Shown piece after piece: positions 16,407 through 24,000 of a DNA stretch of 24,000 nucleotides (position 1 is its first letter; every line of letters starts with the position of its first letter). The DNA is from Desulfovibrionaceae bacterium (GTDB lineage Bacteria > Desulfobacterota > Desulfovibrionia > Desulfovibrionales > Desulfovibrionaceae), in NCBI GenBank assembly GCA_963667575.2, contig CAXXHY010000042.1:115934-139933 (forward strand). The letters are read 5' to 3'. A program made the position numbers and the translations under genes. Below the pieces are notes generated by a model. That model was not told where the DNA came from, searched no databases, and saw only the letters and a list, made by a program, of their open reading frames with translations.

Positions 16407-16578
16407 GTGGGGCTAATGCCATGTCGCCCTTACAGGGCTTTTCATTTAATTCATGCGTGTTACCCAGGGCTGCACCCTGGGCTGTAAATAACCCGCCCCG
16501 TTGGGGCTAGGGTCTTGGCGATGCGGGATAAATTGCAACCTGCTTAGGGGGTGTACCTGGCAGGGTGCTTGTGCATCG
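16407..16578 (+). repeat. hairpin-rich intergenic repeat, copy 1
   Basis: It contains GCCCT-TAC-AGGGC, CCCAGGG-CTGCA-CCCTGGG and GCCCC-GTT-GGGGC stem-loops. It starts 14 nt after the transglutaminase stop. Confidence 0.85.
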
Positions 16579-16641
16579 TCTCTTTGCCCGCTTCAAAAAT
16601 ATTGTTTGGTGCTCCGGGCTTCAGGCTTCAGGCGTCGGGGG

Positions 16642-16813
16642 CCGGGGCTGGGGCCATGTCGCCCTTACAGGGCTTGTATTTTGTTGCGGTCATCATACCC
16701 AGGGCTGCACCCTGGGCTGTAAATAACGCGCCCCGTTGGGGCTAGGGTCGTGGCGCTGCGGGATAAATTGCAACCTTCTCTGGGGGTGTACCTGGCAGGG
16801 TGCTTGTGCATCG
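16642..16813 (+). repeat. hairpin-rich intergenic repeat, copy 2 (tandem, 235-bp period)
   Basis: By hand alignment, 16696-16813 against 16461-16578 shows 6 mismatches in 118 positions and no indels. The 23-nt head GCCATGTCGCCCTTACAGGGCTT is identical (16653-16675 vs 16418-16440). The 20-nt spacer between head and core is diverged but has the same length. Confidence 0.85.
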
Positions 16814-17048
16814 GATCCATGTCTGTCTTCGTCCCTAGGCCTACCGCATTTATTTTTCGCAGTGCACAGTGGGGTGTCATCTCCATTATTTATCCCGCAA
16901 TGTATTCCTATCGCAACGTGCATACCCTCGCGCATGGCATTCCCTTTTGCTTACCTCTGATGCAACATTTCCCTTTTGGATTTTCACTCCTGCGGATTTG
17001 TACCCATCTTTGGCATTTTGCTCCCCCAGTCGCATCGCATCCGGGGCA

Positions 17049-17140
17049 AGCCCCAACGGGGCGGCTTATTTATAGCCCAGGGTGCAACCCTGGGGGTGGG
17101 TGGGCGATGTTTTTTTGAGCTCTGAAGGGGCGACATGGCA
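17049..17140 (-). repeat. partial inverted copy (copy 3) of the same repeat
   Basis: 17049-17094 equals the reverse complement of 16463-16508 with 3 mismatches in 46, all outside the two stems. GGGCGACATGGCA at 17128-17140 equals the reverse complement of the head. The 33-nt head-to-core spacing is conserved. Confidence 0.8.
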
Positions 17141-17187
17141 GATGACAATCACTGTATACGCCGCATCTGCAGGGCCGGAAAAAGCGT

Positions 17188-17218
17188 AAAAAAAAGCCTG
17201 CCGAAACGTTCGGCAGGC
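17188..17218 (-). terminator. strong rho-independent terminator of 17247..17897
   Basis: The minus strand reads GCCTGCCGAA-CGT-TTCGGCAGGC (10-bp stem) followed by TTTTTTTT. Confidence 0.85.
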
Positions 17219-17246
17219 CATGGAAAGCAGCGGCGGATGGGCTTTG

Positions 17247-17897
17247 TCAGCGGAAGAACCGCGTGTTTTCCTCGATTTTGATCAAAATGGGAATCATCAG
17301 GAACAGCACCAGGAAAATCAGGGAGAAGCATAACAGCATCAGAATATACGTGCGTTCTTTATAGGAAGCGTCCCAGCGTCCTTTTTCCTGGCGTACGAGC
17401 TGGATGAAAATCTTGTTGTACTTGTGAGCCATGTTCAGGAAAAGCGCTTTTTGGTCGACGCCCTCGAGGTTGAGATCCTTTTGTTGTTCCAGCCAGTCCT
17501 TGTAGCCGCCCAGAAAGTCGTACAGACCGTCCACAAAACGGGTCCGGCGGTTGATGGGCGTATTGGCCAGCCATTCTACGATGGTTTCGTAGCTTCCGGT
17601 GTCCAGATTATAATCTTCAATGATGTTCTTGATATGCGAGTCGTACTTGTTGGTGACGGCCCGCTTGGTGTCGATCATGGAAAAGTCGAGCTCTTTCTTG
17701 CTCTGATTGGAAACGTCCAGGTAGGGCAGAAATTCGTCGAATTCCGGTTCCTGCAGTCTGTCCGGGGCTGCTCCGAGATACATGAACAGACCAATCACAA
17801 AAAGAATAAGGCATAGCGATGCTATGCACAGAGAAGTTATTTTTCCAAATCGCAGAAACAGGTTGGTCAACCTGTCGGATTTGCCGGAGTCGAACAT
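17247..17897 (-). CDS. hypothetical membrane protein (N- and C-terminal TM helices flanking a ~140-aa soluble domain)
   Basis: 216-aa ORF. GAGGTG SD lies 6 nt upstream. The TM helices are ITSLCIASLCLILFVIGLFMYLG and YILMLLCFSLIFLVLFLMIPILI. GC content looks lower than in the neighbours. Confidence 0.75.
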   Translation of the reverse strand: MFDSGKSDRLTNLFLRFGKITSLCIASLCLILFVIGLFMYLGAAPDRLQEPEFDEFLPYLDVSNQSKKELDFSMIDTKRAVTNKYDSHIKNIIEDYNLDTGSYETIVEWLANTPINRRTRFVDGLYDFLGGYKDWLEQQKDLNLEGVDQKALFLNMAHKYNKIFIQLVRQEKGRWDASYKERTYILMLLCFSLIFLVLFLMIPILIKIEENTRFFR

Positions 17898-18154
17898 TCC
17901 AGCACCTCACTTGCTTGTTGGTTTATATTTCATCTCCCGGATATGAAAGACCCTAACGGATATCCGGGGCACTTGCAAAGGACAGCATATATGCCTTTCG
18001 ACCGGTCAAATCAAGGGATTCATTTTCATAAAAATCAGTATGCAGCATGGGCGCATACGGCCCTGTCCGTTGCGTTCCTCCGCCAATGATGCGTATAATG
18101 ACCTAGCATGAAGTCGCAAATAACGTAAACCTTGGAACATGCAAAGGCGGAACA

Positions 18155-19807
18155 ATGGAGCTGAGCACTCTCAAACAGATCGGCCGCTTCAATGACATCG
18201 TTCTGACGCTGTTCAAATACGGTTTCCACGACACGGTCGAACGCATCGGACTGCCCTCGGGCATGTTCAAACGCGAACACGAAGGCCCCTACGCCAGGGA
18301 ACACGCTTTTGCGCGCGTACGGCTGATGCTGGAGGAACTGGGCCCCACTTTCATGAAGCTGGGGCAGATTCTGTCCATGCGTCCGGACCTGGTGCCGGCG
18401 CCCCTGTGCGATGAATTGCGCCGCCTGCAGGATCAGGCCCCTGCCGCGCCGTATGAAGAAGTTCGCGTCATGGTGGGGGATGCCCTGGGGCGCCCGCTGG
18501 AGCTGGTGTTCAAGGAGTTCGATGAAGAGCCCCTGGCAGCGGCTTCTCTGGGGCAGGTGCACCGGGCCGTGCTGCGGGAAGAGGACCGGGAGGTCGCCGT
18601 AAAGGTGCTCAAGCCCGGCATGCGCCGGACCATGGAACAGGATCTGCAGATTCTGGTTACCCTGGCCGATCTGCTGGACGGACGAATCAGCGCCCTGCGC
18701 AATCACGACCTTCCGGCGATCGTGGCCGAACTGCGCAAGGGGTTGCTCCGCGAACTGGATTACGGCCACGAGGTCCGCAACATGCGGATGGCGCGCAACA
18801 ATCTGCAGAGCATGCGCGAAGTTCTCGTACCGGGCGTGCTCATGGAATATTGCAACGACCGTATCATCACCATGGACATGATCCGGGGCAAAAAGCTGGA
18901 CGAACTGGGGGATGAAAGCGACTCGGCCCGGGCGCACTGGGCGTCGGTGGCGCTGCGCTGCCTTACCAGCCAGGCCATGGGCGACGGCTTTTTCCATGCC
19001 GATCCGCATCCGGGCAATGTGCTGTTTCTGCCCGAGGGCAGGGTGGCTTTTCTGGACTGGGGCATGGTGGGCAGGCTGACGGCCAACATGCGCCACGCCC
19101 TGGTGGACCTGCTGGTGGCCGCGTCCGAACGGGACAGCGAACGCGTGGTCAACGTGCTTTTCCGGCTCACCAACCACCGGCGCAACGTGAACACCCTGGC
19201 CGTGGAGCAGGAGGTTCTGGATATCCTGGACCTCGGACTGAATACCGCCTGCAAGGACATTCACGTAGGGCAGCTGCTGCAGGAACTGCAGCACGCGGTG
19301 GACAAGTACGGTCTGCAGTTTCCGCCTTCCCTGACCATGCTGGGCAAATCCATCCTGACCACCGAGGGCCTGGCCCGCAGGCTCTGTCCGGAAGTGAACT
19401 CCATTGCCGAAACCGCTCCCCTGTTCAAAAAGCTGGCAAAGGAACGCTACTCCCTGCGCACGGGCGCGCGTACGCTGCGCAATCTGCTTACGGGGTTTCT
19501 GGACCTGCAGCGCAGCCTGCCCGAGCGGCTGGACATGCTTTTCAAAAAGGCCGAACAGGGCGAGGTCAGCGTCCGGTTCAAGCATGAGAATCTGGAAGGC
19601 ATCCGCGAGACTCTGGATCAGGCGAGCGAACGGCTGGCTCTGGCCGTGATTCTGGGCGCGCTGTTCGTGGGGTCGTCCTTGCTCATCACCACGGGCCTGG
19701 AGCCGCTCATCTTCGGCTATCCGGCTCTGGGGGTCATCGGCTTTCTGATCTCCGGCTTTTTTGGTTTGCTGCTGGCCATCACCATCTTTCGCCGCAAAAA
19801 GTTCTGA
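18155..19807 (+). CDS. ABC1/UbiB-family atypical protein kinase
   Basis: GPTFMKLGQILSMRPDLVPAPLCDELRRLQDQAP is the ABC1 signature. Also present are AAASLGQVHRA, VAVKVLKPG, FHADPHPGNV and LDWGMVG. There are two C-terminal TM helices. Confidence 0.9.
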   Translation: MELSTLKQIGRFNDIVLTLFKYGFHDTVERIGLPSGMFKREHEGPYAREHAFARVRLMLEELGPTFMKLGQILSMRPDLVPAPLCDELRRLQDQAPAAPYEEVRVMVGDALGRPLELVFKEFDEEPLAAASLGQVHRAVLREEDREVAVKVLKPGMRRTMEQDLQILVTLADLLDGRISALRNHDLPAIVAELRKGLLRELDYGHEVRNMRMARNNLQSMREVLVPGVLMEYCNDRIITMDMIRGKKLDELGDESDSARAHWASVALRCLTSQAMGDGFFHADPHPGNVLFLPEGRVAFLDWGMVGRLTANMRHALVDLLVAASERDSERVVNVLFRLTNHRRNVNTLAVEQEVLDILDLGLNTACKDIHVGQLLQELQHAVDKYGLQFPPSLTMLGKSILTTEGLARRLCPEVNSIAETAPLFKKLAKERYSLRTGARTLRNLLTGFLDLQRSLPERLDMLFKKAEQGEVSVRFKHENLEGIRETLDQASERLALAVILGALFVGSSLLITTGLEPLIFGYPALGVIGFLISGFFGLLLAITIFRRKKF

Positions 19808-19921
19808 TCCGGCCCGTACGTACTCTGCATTTCACTCGAGCATGGATACCGGGACGGAGGTGGAGTCTTATCCTGCCCCCGTCCCAGGTGTTTTTATGGA
19901 TCTCCCTTGCAAAAAACAGAC

Positions 19922-19944
19922 TTTTCTAGTAATTATCTAGAAAA
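19922..19944. promoter_or_regulatory. perfect 8-bp inverted repeat (possible operator) upstream of the GAF/GGDEF-like/TPR gene
   Basis: TTTTCTAG-TAATTAT-CTAGAAAA, ending 27 nt before ATG 19971. Confidence 0.35.
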
Positions 19945-19970
19945 AATTTGTGTCATAAAGGGAATTCCCC

Positions 19971-22364
19971 ATGCTCCATGCCGACAGTTTGTTTACCAAC
20001 CAGGTCATTCGTCTTACCCGTCAGGATTGCATCACCTACGAGAAGCTTCTCGAAAGCGAAGTGGCGTCGTTCGTCGACTTCGAATCCCACAGCCTGTATT
20101 TTCCGCAGACGCCTCCCCCCCAACATGCGGCCGGAGTCCGAAGGCGCGGGCTGGCGGGCCGAGTATCTGCAGGACGAGCGCAAGCTGTTGATTCCCCTTG
20201 CTCTGGGAGGCGAACTGCTGGGCATTTTTCAGGCGCGGGGCGTACGCTTGCGCGCTCCCAAAAGCATGCTTCCGCTGATCAGCCGTATGGGAGCCGTGTG
20301 TCTGGAAAAACTGCTGCTTTACAAGCGTTCGATCAGTTGCGCCCAGACCGGGCTGCTGGCCCGTGAGCCGTTTCTGGCTTTGCTGGAGCGGGAAATGGGC
20401 AGCGTATGCGATTGCCTGAGCCCGAGCATGGAAGGCAAGGAAGGCCTGAAAGCTCCGGCCTACAAAGCGGGCGTTCGGGTTTTCTGGATCCGGGTGCGCG
20501 GGCTGCGCGAGTTGCAGCGGCGGTTCGGATTCATGCTGGCGGAAGGGCTGCTGCGGGATCTGGCCCGCGGCATCGTACAACAGGCGCCGCCTCAGGCCGT
20601 CTGCGGACGGGTGGGAGACAACGGTTTTGCCCTGATTCTGCCCGAGGCCGGAGGCAACGGCGTCATGGAGCTGGCCCGGAACCTGGTGGCGGAACTGGAG
20701 ACCCGGACCCGGACCCATGACCTGACCGGCGAAGAAGTGGGCGCGGCCTGCTCCGTGGGCATGGCCCATTTTTCCGCGGGACATGGAAGGCGCGGCTTTC
20801 GAGCGTTCGCTGGGGCGAACAGGCCCGTGAGTTGCTGCGCAAGGCGGAGATAGCCGCCGAGGCCGCCGCGGAACCGGGCATGGACAAGGCGCTGCATTTT
20901 TCGCAGATCATCAAGCAGGGCGGCCTGGTCAAGGAACTTTTGCCCCTCAATCAATACCTGCTCTCCGTGGGTCGCGCCACGGGCGCGGTGAAAGGACAGC
21001 GTTTTCTGGTTTACAACCCCCTGACCACCGAGGGACCCGACGCGCCGCACAAGGCCGAGGTGGTGCTGGTGCAGGTGGGACGATACGAGTTCCCGTGCCG
21101 AGATGGTCCATCAGATGGATCCCACCATCAGCATCGAGCCCGGAGACCGCCTGAAGCTGTTGGGGGATGCGCCTTCCGGACTCTGGGCCGAAATGGGGCA
21201 GGTGGAAACGGATAGCGCCGGGAAGCTGCTGCCTTTTCTCGAATTTCTGGCCATGCTGGCCACCAGGCGCGAACAGTGCCAGCGGTTTCAGCTCAGCCTG
21301 GTGCGGCTGCAGCCCGCGGGCGTGGAAGCCGGCGCCCGGATGCATGAAATGGCGGAAAAAAGCGTCCAGACCGTGGTGGAGCTGGCGCGCCAGTGGTTCG
21401 GCGCGGATCTGCCCGCCAGCCGCTTCAGCCTGCACAGCGTCATGTTTTTCCATGCCGACACCGATCCTGACAAGCTCCTGGAAGATTACAAGAAATTCAG
21501 TCCGGTTCTGAATGTGGAACACGGCATCCAGACCGCCGTGGGCATTGCCGCGTATCCGCATTTGAGCTTCAAAAAGGCCGATATTCTGGAAAATTGCCGC
21601 AAGGCCCTGGATTACGCGCTGCTCCTGCCCGCGCCTCATGTGGGGCTGTTCGATTCGCTGGCCCAGAACATCAGCGCGGATAAATTGTTTAGCCAGGGCG
21701 ATCTGTACGGGGCCCTGGAAGAATACCAGCTGGCTTTGCTGGCGGATCCGGCCAACAATCTGGCCCGCAATTCCCTGGGCATCTGCCTGGCCCGGCTTGG
21801 CAAGCTGGGACGACGCGCGCAAGCAGTTCGAGGAGGTCATCGAACGGGGATGGCGCGGACCTGATGGCCATCTACAACCTGGGCCACGTCTACCAACGTT
21901 TGGGCGAGGGCGCCAAGGCGCGCAGTTCCTATGAACGTTGTCTCGAACTGGATGGCGAGCACGTCTTCAGCCTGATCCGCCTCGGACAGATGGCGGAAAA
22001 GGACAGTGATCTGGAACTGGCCCGCAGCTATTATCAGCGTGCGGCGAATCTTGAAGAAGGACGCGGCCTGACTCACAGGCATATGGCCCGGCTGGCCCTG
22101 AAACTGAACAACGCGGAAGAAGCCCGCGAGCACCTGCATCAGGCCCTGCTGTTCGACCCCAAGGATGCCCTGGCCCTGGGGCTGCTGGCCAAGCTCTACC
22201 TGGAAAACGGCGACGATACGCAGGTGGCCGAAACCCTGGCCAAGCAGAGCGTATCCATCCGGCCCGAACAAAAGAGCGCCTGGATCGAACTGTCCCGCAT
22301 CTATGACAGGCAAGGTAAGAACCGCGAGGCGCAGGACGCCCTGGCCAAGGCGGCTTCCTTGTAA
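19971..22364 (+). pseudogene. frameshift-disrupted signalling gene: GAF-like N-terminus, degenerate GGDEF-like domain (GDNGF), small beta-rich domain, second degenerate GGDEF-like domain, C-terminal TPR array
   Basis: Protein-like sequence continues across ORF-track pieces 19971.., 19948..20853, 20832..21215, 21103..21864, 21638..21934 and 21864..22364, plus a short unlisted frame-2 stretch. Examples: ...SLYFPQTPPP|NMRPESEGAGWRAEY...; ...SVGMAHF|PRDMEGAAFERSLG|EQARELLRKAE...; ...LARLGKL|DDARKQFEEVIER|DGADLMAIYNLGHVYQ.... Every junction lies at a short homopolymer. Confidence 0.75.
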
Positions 22365-22443
22365 ATTCAGCCTGTTGCGCGTCCGGCGGCTTCAGCTGCG
22401 TTTTCGAACGCTTCTGCCGGACCTGCCCTGGCGGAATCGCCCC

Positions 22444-22474
22444 TTGACAAAGCCCCCATCGAGCCCATTATATG
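22444..22474 (+). promoter_or_regulatory. possible sigma70-type promoter for miaB
   Basis: A perfect TTGACA lies at 22444-22449, followed 18-19 nt later by TTATAT/TATATG (22468-22474). This is ~125 nt upstream of the miaB ATG. The -10 element is weak. Confidence 0.35.
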
Positions 22475-22599
22475 CCTCCAGCCGGAAATTTGCCTAAACC
22501 GGCCTTGATGCCCCTGCATGAGGCATGGTATGTTCTGTATAAGACGACTCAAGAAACCTTGTGCCGGGATCGTCAGGAAGCAACTGGATCGGATGTATC

Positions 22600-24000
22600 A
22601 TGACATTTCATATCATTACTTTTGGCTGCCAGATGAACGCCAACGACTCCGAATGGCTGGACCGCGCATTGCGTGCCCAGGGACTGGAGCGTGCGGAATC
22701 CGGGCAGGCCAAGATCTACATACTTAACACCTGCAGCGTACGGGAAAAGCCCGAACTCAAGGTCTATAGCCTGCTCGGACGGCTCAAGGCCTACTGGGAA
22801 CAGGACCCGGAAGTGTTTGTGGCCGTGGGCGGCTGTGTTGCCCAACAGATCGGCAAGCGTTTTCTGGAACGCTTTCCCTTTGTCCGCCTGGTGTTCGGCG
22901 GAGACGGCGTACATATGGCTCCCCAGGCCATTTCGCGCTTGCTGGATAATCCGGACCTGCGCATCAGCCTGCTGGATTTTTCCGAATCCTTTACCGAACG
23001 CCCCATATTCGCGCAGCAGCGTTCTCAGTCCGCGGTGCAGGCCTTTGTGAACATCATGCAGGGCTGCGACAATTTTTGCGCCTACTGCATTGTCCCCTAC
23101 GTACGCGGTCGGCAGAAGTCCCGGACCAGCACGGCCATTCTGGAAGAATGCCGCCAGCTGGCGGACAACGGCGCGCGGGAAATCACCCTACTGGGGCAGA
23201 ACGTCAATTCCTACGGCCTGGACAAGGGTGGGGACGGCGTCAGTTTTGCGTCTCTGCTGCGCCAGGTGGCCGCCATTTCCGGCGTGGAGCGCGTTCGGTT
23301 CGTGACCTCGCACCCCAAGGATCTTTCGGACGAGGTCATCGCCGCGTTCGGGGAGCTGCCGGAGCTCTGTCCGCAGCTGCATCTGCCCATTCAGTCCGGG
23401 TCGGACAAAATTCTCAAGTCCATGGGGCGGCGTTACGATTTGAAGCGCTACCTGTCCCTGGTGGACAAGCTGCGGCGGGCACGTCCGGAAATCACCCTGA
23501 GCACGGATTTTATCGTTGGTTTTCCGGGCGAGGACGAAGCTGACTTTCTGGAAACCATCCGGGTGCTGGAAGAAGTGGATTTTGAAACGAGTTTTTCCTT
23601 TCAGTATTGCGACAGACCCGGCGTACGGGCCGAACGTATGGAGCCCAAGGTGCCGGAAGAGGTCAAGGCGGAGCGTCTGGCCCGTCTGCAGGCCCTGCAG
23701 ATGGAACTGACCACCCGTGCGCTGGCCCGCACCGTGGGGACCGAGGTTCAGGTGCTGCTCGAGGGAATCAGCAAAAAGCAGAACCTGCCGGGCAAGGACG
23801 CCTCGGGGCAAATTTCTCTGCGCGGACGCGATGCGCACGGACGCGTCGTGAATTTGGGCTGGCCCGCGCCGGCAGGGTTTATTCACAGTCCGGACCTTGG
23901 CACGGCCATGCCGCCGCTGCTGGCCGGATTGACGGGCAAGATCGTTCCCGCGGGAATTATCGCGGCCAAGAAACACTCATTATTTGGGAAAGCGACAGGT
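22600..24000 (+). CDS. miaB: tRNA-i6A37 methylthiotransferase MiaB (3' end off-window)
   Basis: Frame 1 is open from ATG 22600 to the window edge (467 codons). It is absent from the ORF track because no stop falls in the window. Motifs: MTFHIITFGCQMN, the radical-SAM motif CDNFCAYCIVPYVRG, GQNVNSYG, LHLPIQSGSDKILKSMGRRY, and a TRAM-like C-terminus. Confidence 0.93.
   Translation, partial: MTFHIITFGCQMNANDSEWLDRALRAQGLERAESGQAKIYILNTCSVREKPELKVYSLLGRLKAYWEQDPEVFVAVGGCVAQQIGKRFLERFPFVRLVFGGDGVHMAPQAISRLLDNPDLRISLLDFSESFTERPIFAQQRSQSAVQAFVNIMQGCDNFCAYCIVPYVRGRQKSRTSTAILEECRQLADNGAREITLLGQNVNSYGLDKGGDGVSFASLLRQVAAISGVERVRFVTSHPKDLSDEVIAAFGELPELCPQLHLPIQSGSDKILKSMGRRYDLKRYLSLVDKLRRARPEITLSTDFIVGFPGEDEADFLETIRVLEEVDFETSFSFQYCDRPGVRAERMEPKVPEEVKAERLARLQALQMELTTRALARTVGTEVQVLLEGISKKQNLPGKDASGQISLRGRDAHGRVVNLGWPAPAGFIHSPDLGTAMPPLLAGLTGKIVPAGIIAAKKHSLFGKATG

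Noticed and set aside
16558-16572. Sigma54-like motif inside each direct repeat copy (TGGCAG-N5-TTGT at 16558-16572 and 16793-16807). A similar near-match, TGGCAA-N5-TTGG, lies at about 10999-11013.
   Set aside because: The nearly invariant -12 GC dinucleotide is replaced (GT or GG). Without it I do not call a sigma54 promoter.
16407-16813. CRISPR array interpretation of the 235-bp periodic repeat.
   Set aside because: There are only two direct copies. The repeat unit (~170 bp) is far longer than a CRISPR repeat, the spacers are shorter than the repeats, and no cas genes are present.
16501-17118. ORF-track entries inside the repeat cluster (16501..16722, 16551..16745, 16736..16960, 16750..17118, 16665..16886, 16693..16935).
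   Set aside because: They overlap one another on both strands and simply mirror the repeat (for example the duplicated MGLGSWRCGINCNLL...). They lack SD sequences and are Cys/Trp/Gly-rich. I treat the region as non-coding.
16653-17140. Invertible (phase-variable) segment bounded by the inverted copies 2 and 3.
   Set aside because: The inverted arms are long and diverged, not short and exact. No recombinase gene is nearby. I could not identify an outward-facing promoter in 16814-17048. The idea is testable with read orientation but is unsupported here.
19851-19895. Possible terminator after the ABC1 kinase gene: GGGACGG ... CCGTCCC followed a few nt later by TTTTT.
   Set aside because: The 7-bp stem encloses a 21-nt loop, and the T-run is separated from the stem by AGGTG. 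That is too weak to list as a feature.
22381-22422. Nested stem-loop after the TPR stop codon. The outer stem is GTCCGGC/GCCGGAC. The inner hairpin is GCGTT-TTCG-AACGC with a UUCG loop.
   Set aside because: No U-tract follows, so I do not call it an intrinsic terminator. It may stabilise the mRNA, but nothing in the sequence lets me say so.
1-24000. Search for tRNA, rRNA, IS elements, integrases, toxin-antitoxin pairs or defence-system genes.
   Set aside because: I found no T-loop (GGTTCGAAT-like) or rRNA-like stretches. No ORF has transposase, recombinase or nuclease motifs that I could recognise by eye.

Overview
This is a 24-kb chromosomal window from a GC-rich genome that uses sigma54. 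The proteins look Desulfovibrionaceae-like, but that taxon call is inference only. Left to right the window contains: (1) the 3' end of an NCS2-type permease. (2) A low-GC islet (about 744-4032) with three separately terminated minus-strand genes for small secreted proteins. Two of them end in the same PAATP-[LW]Q / hydrophobic helix / Arg-Lys tail, which resembles a PEP-CTERM or IPTL-CTERM sorting signal. (3) A SAM methyltransferase. (4) A complete phage-shock module: pspF divergent from pspA-pspB-pspC, with a near-consensus sigma54 -24/-12 promoter. (5) A secreted hypothetical protein. (6) A BCCT transporter followed by an acyltransferase-3 gene. (7) A small ORF that only reads through with a -1 shift at a GGGG run, plus an overlapping helical hypothetical. 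(8) A MoxR AAA+ / DUF58 / transglutaminase-like three-gene module. (9) An ~850-bp convergent intergenic region holding two tandem copies and one inverted copy of a hairpin-rich repeat. (10) A two-TM hypothetical. (11) An ABC1/UbiB-family kinase. (12) A ~2.4-kb GAF / GGDEF-like / TPR signalling gene split into seven frame segments by six apparent +1 shifts at short homopolymers. (13) miaB running off the right edge. I recognised no rRNA, tRNA, CRISPR array, transposase or integrase. The supplied ORF track omits ORFs that run off the window ends (permease, miaB). Many of its long ORFs are antisense or off-frame shadows of GC-rich genes. All family names come from motif recognition by eye, not from searches.
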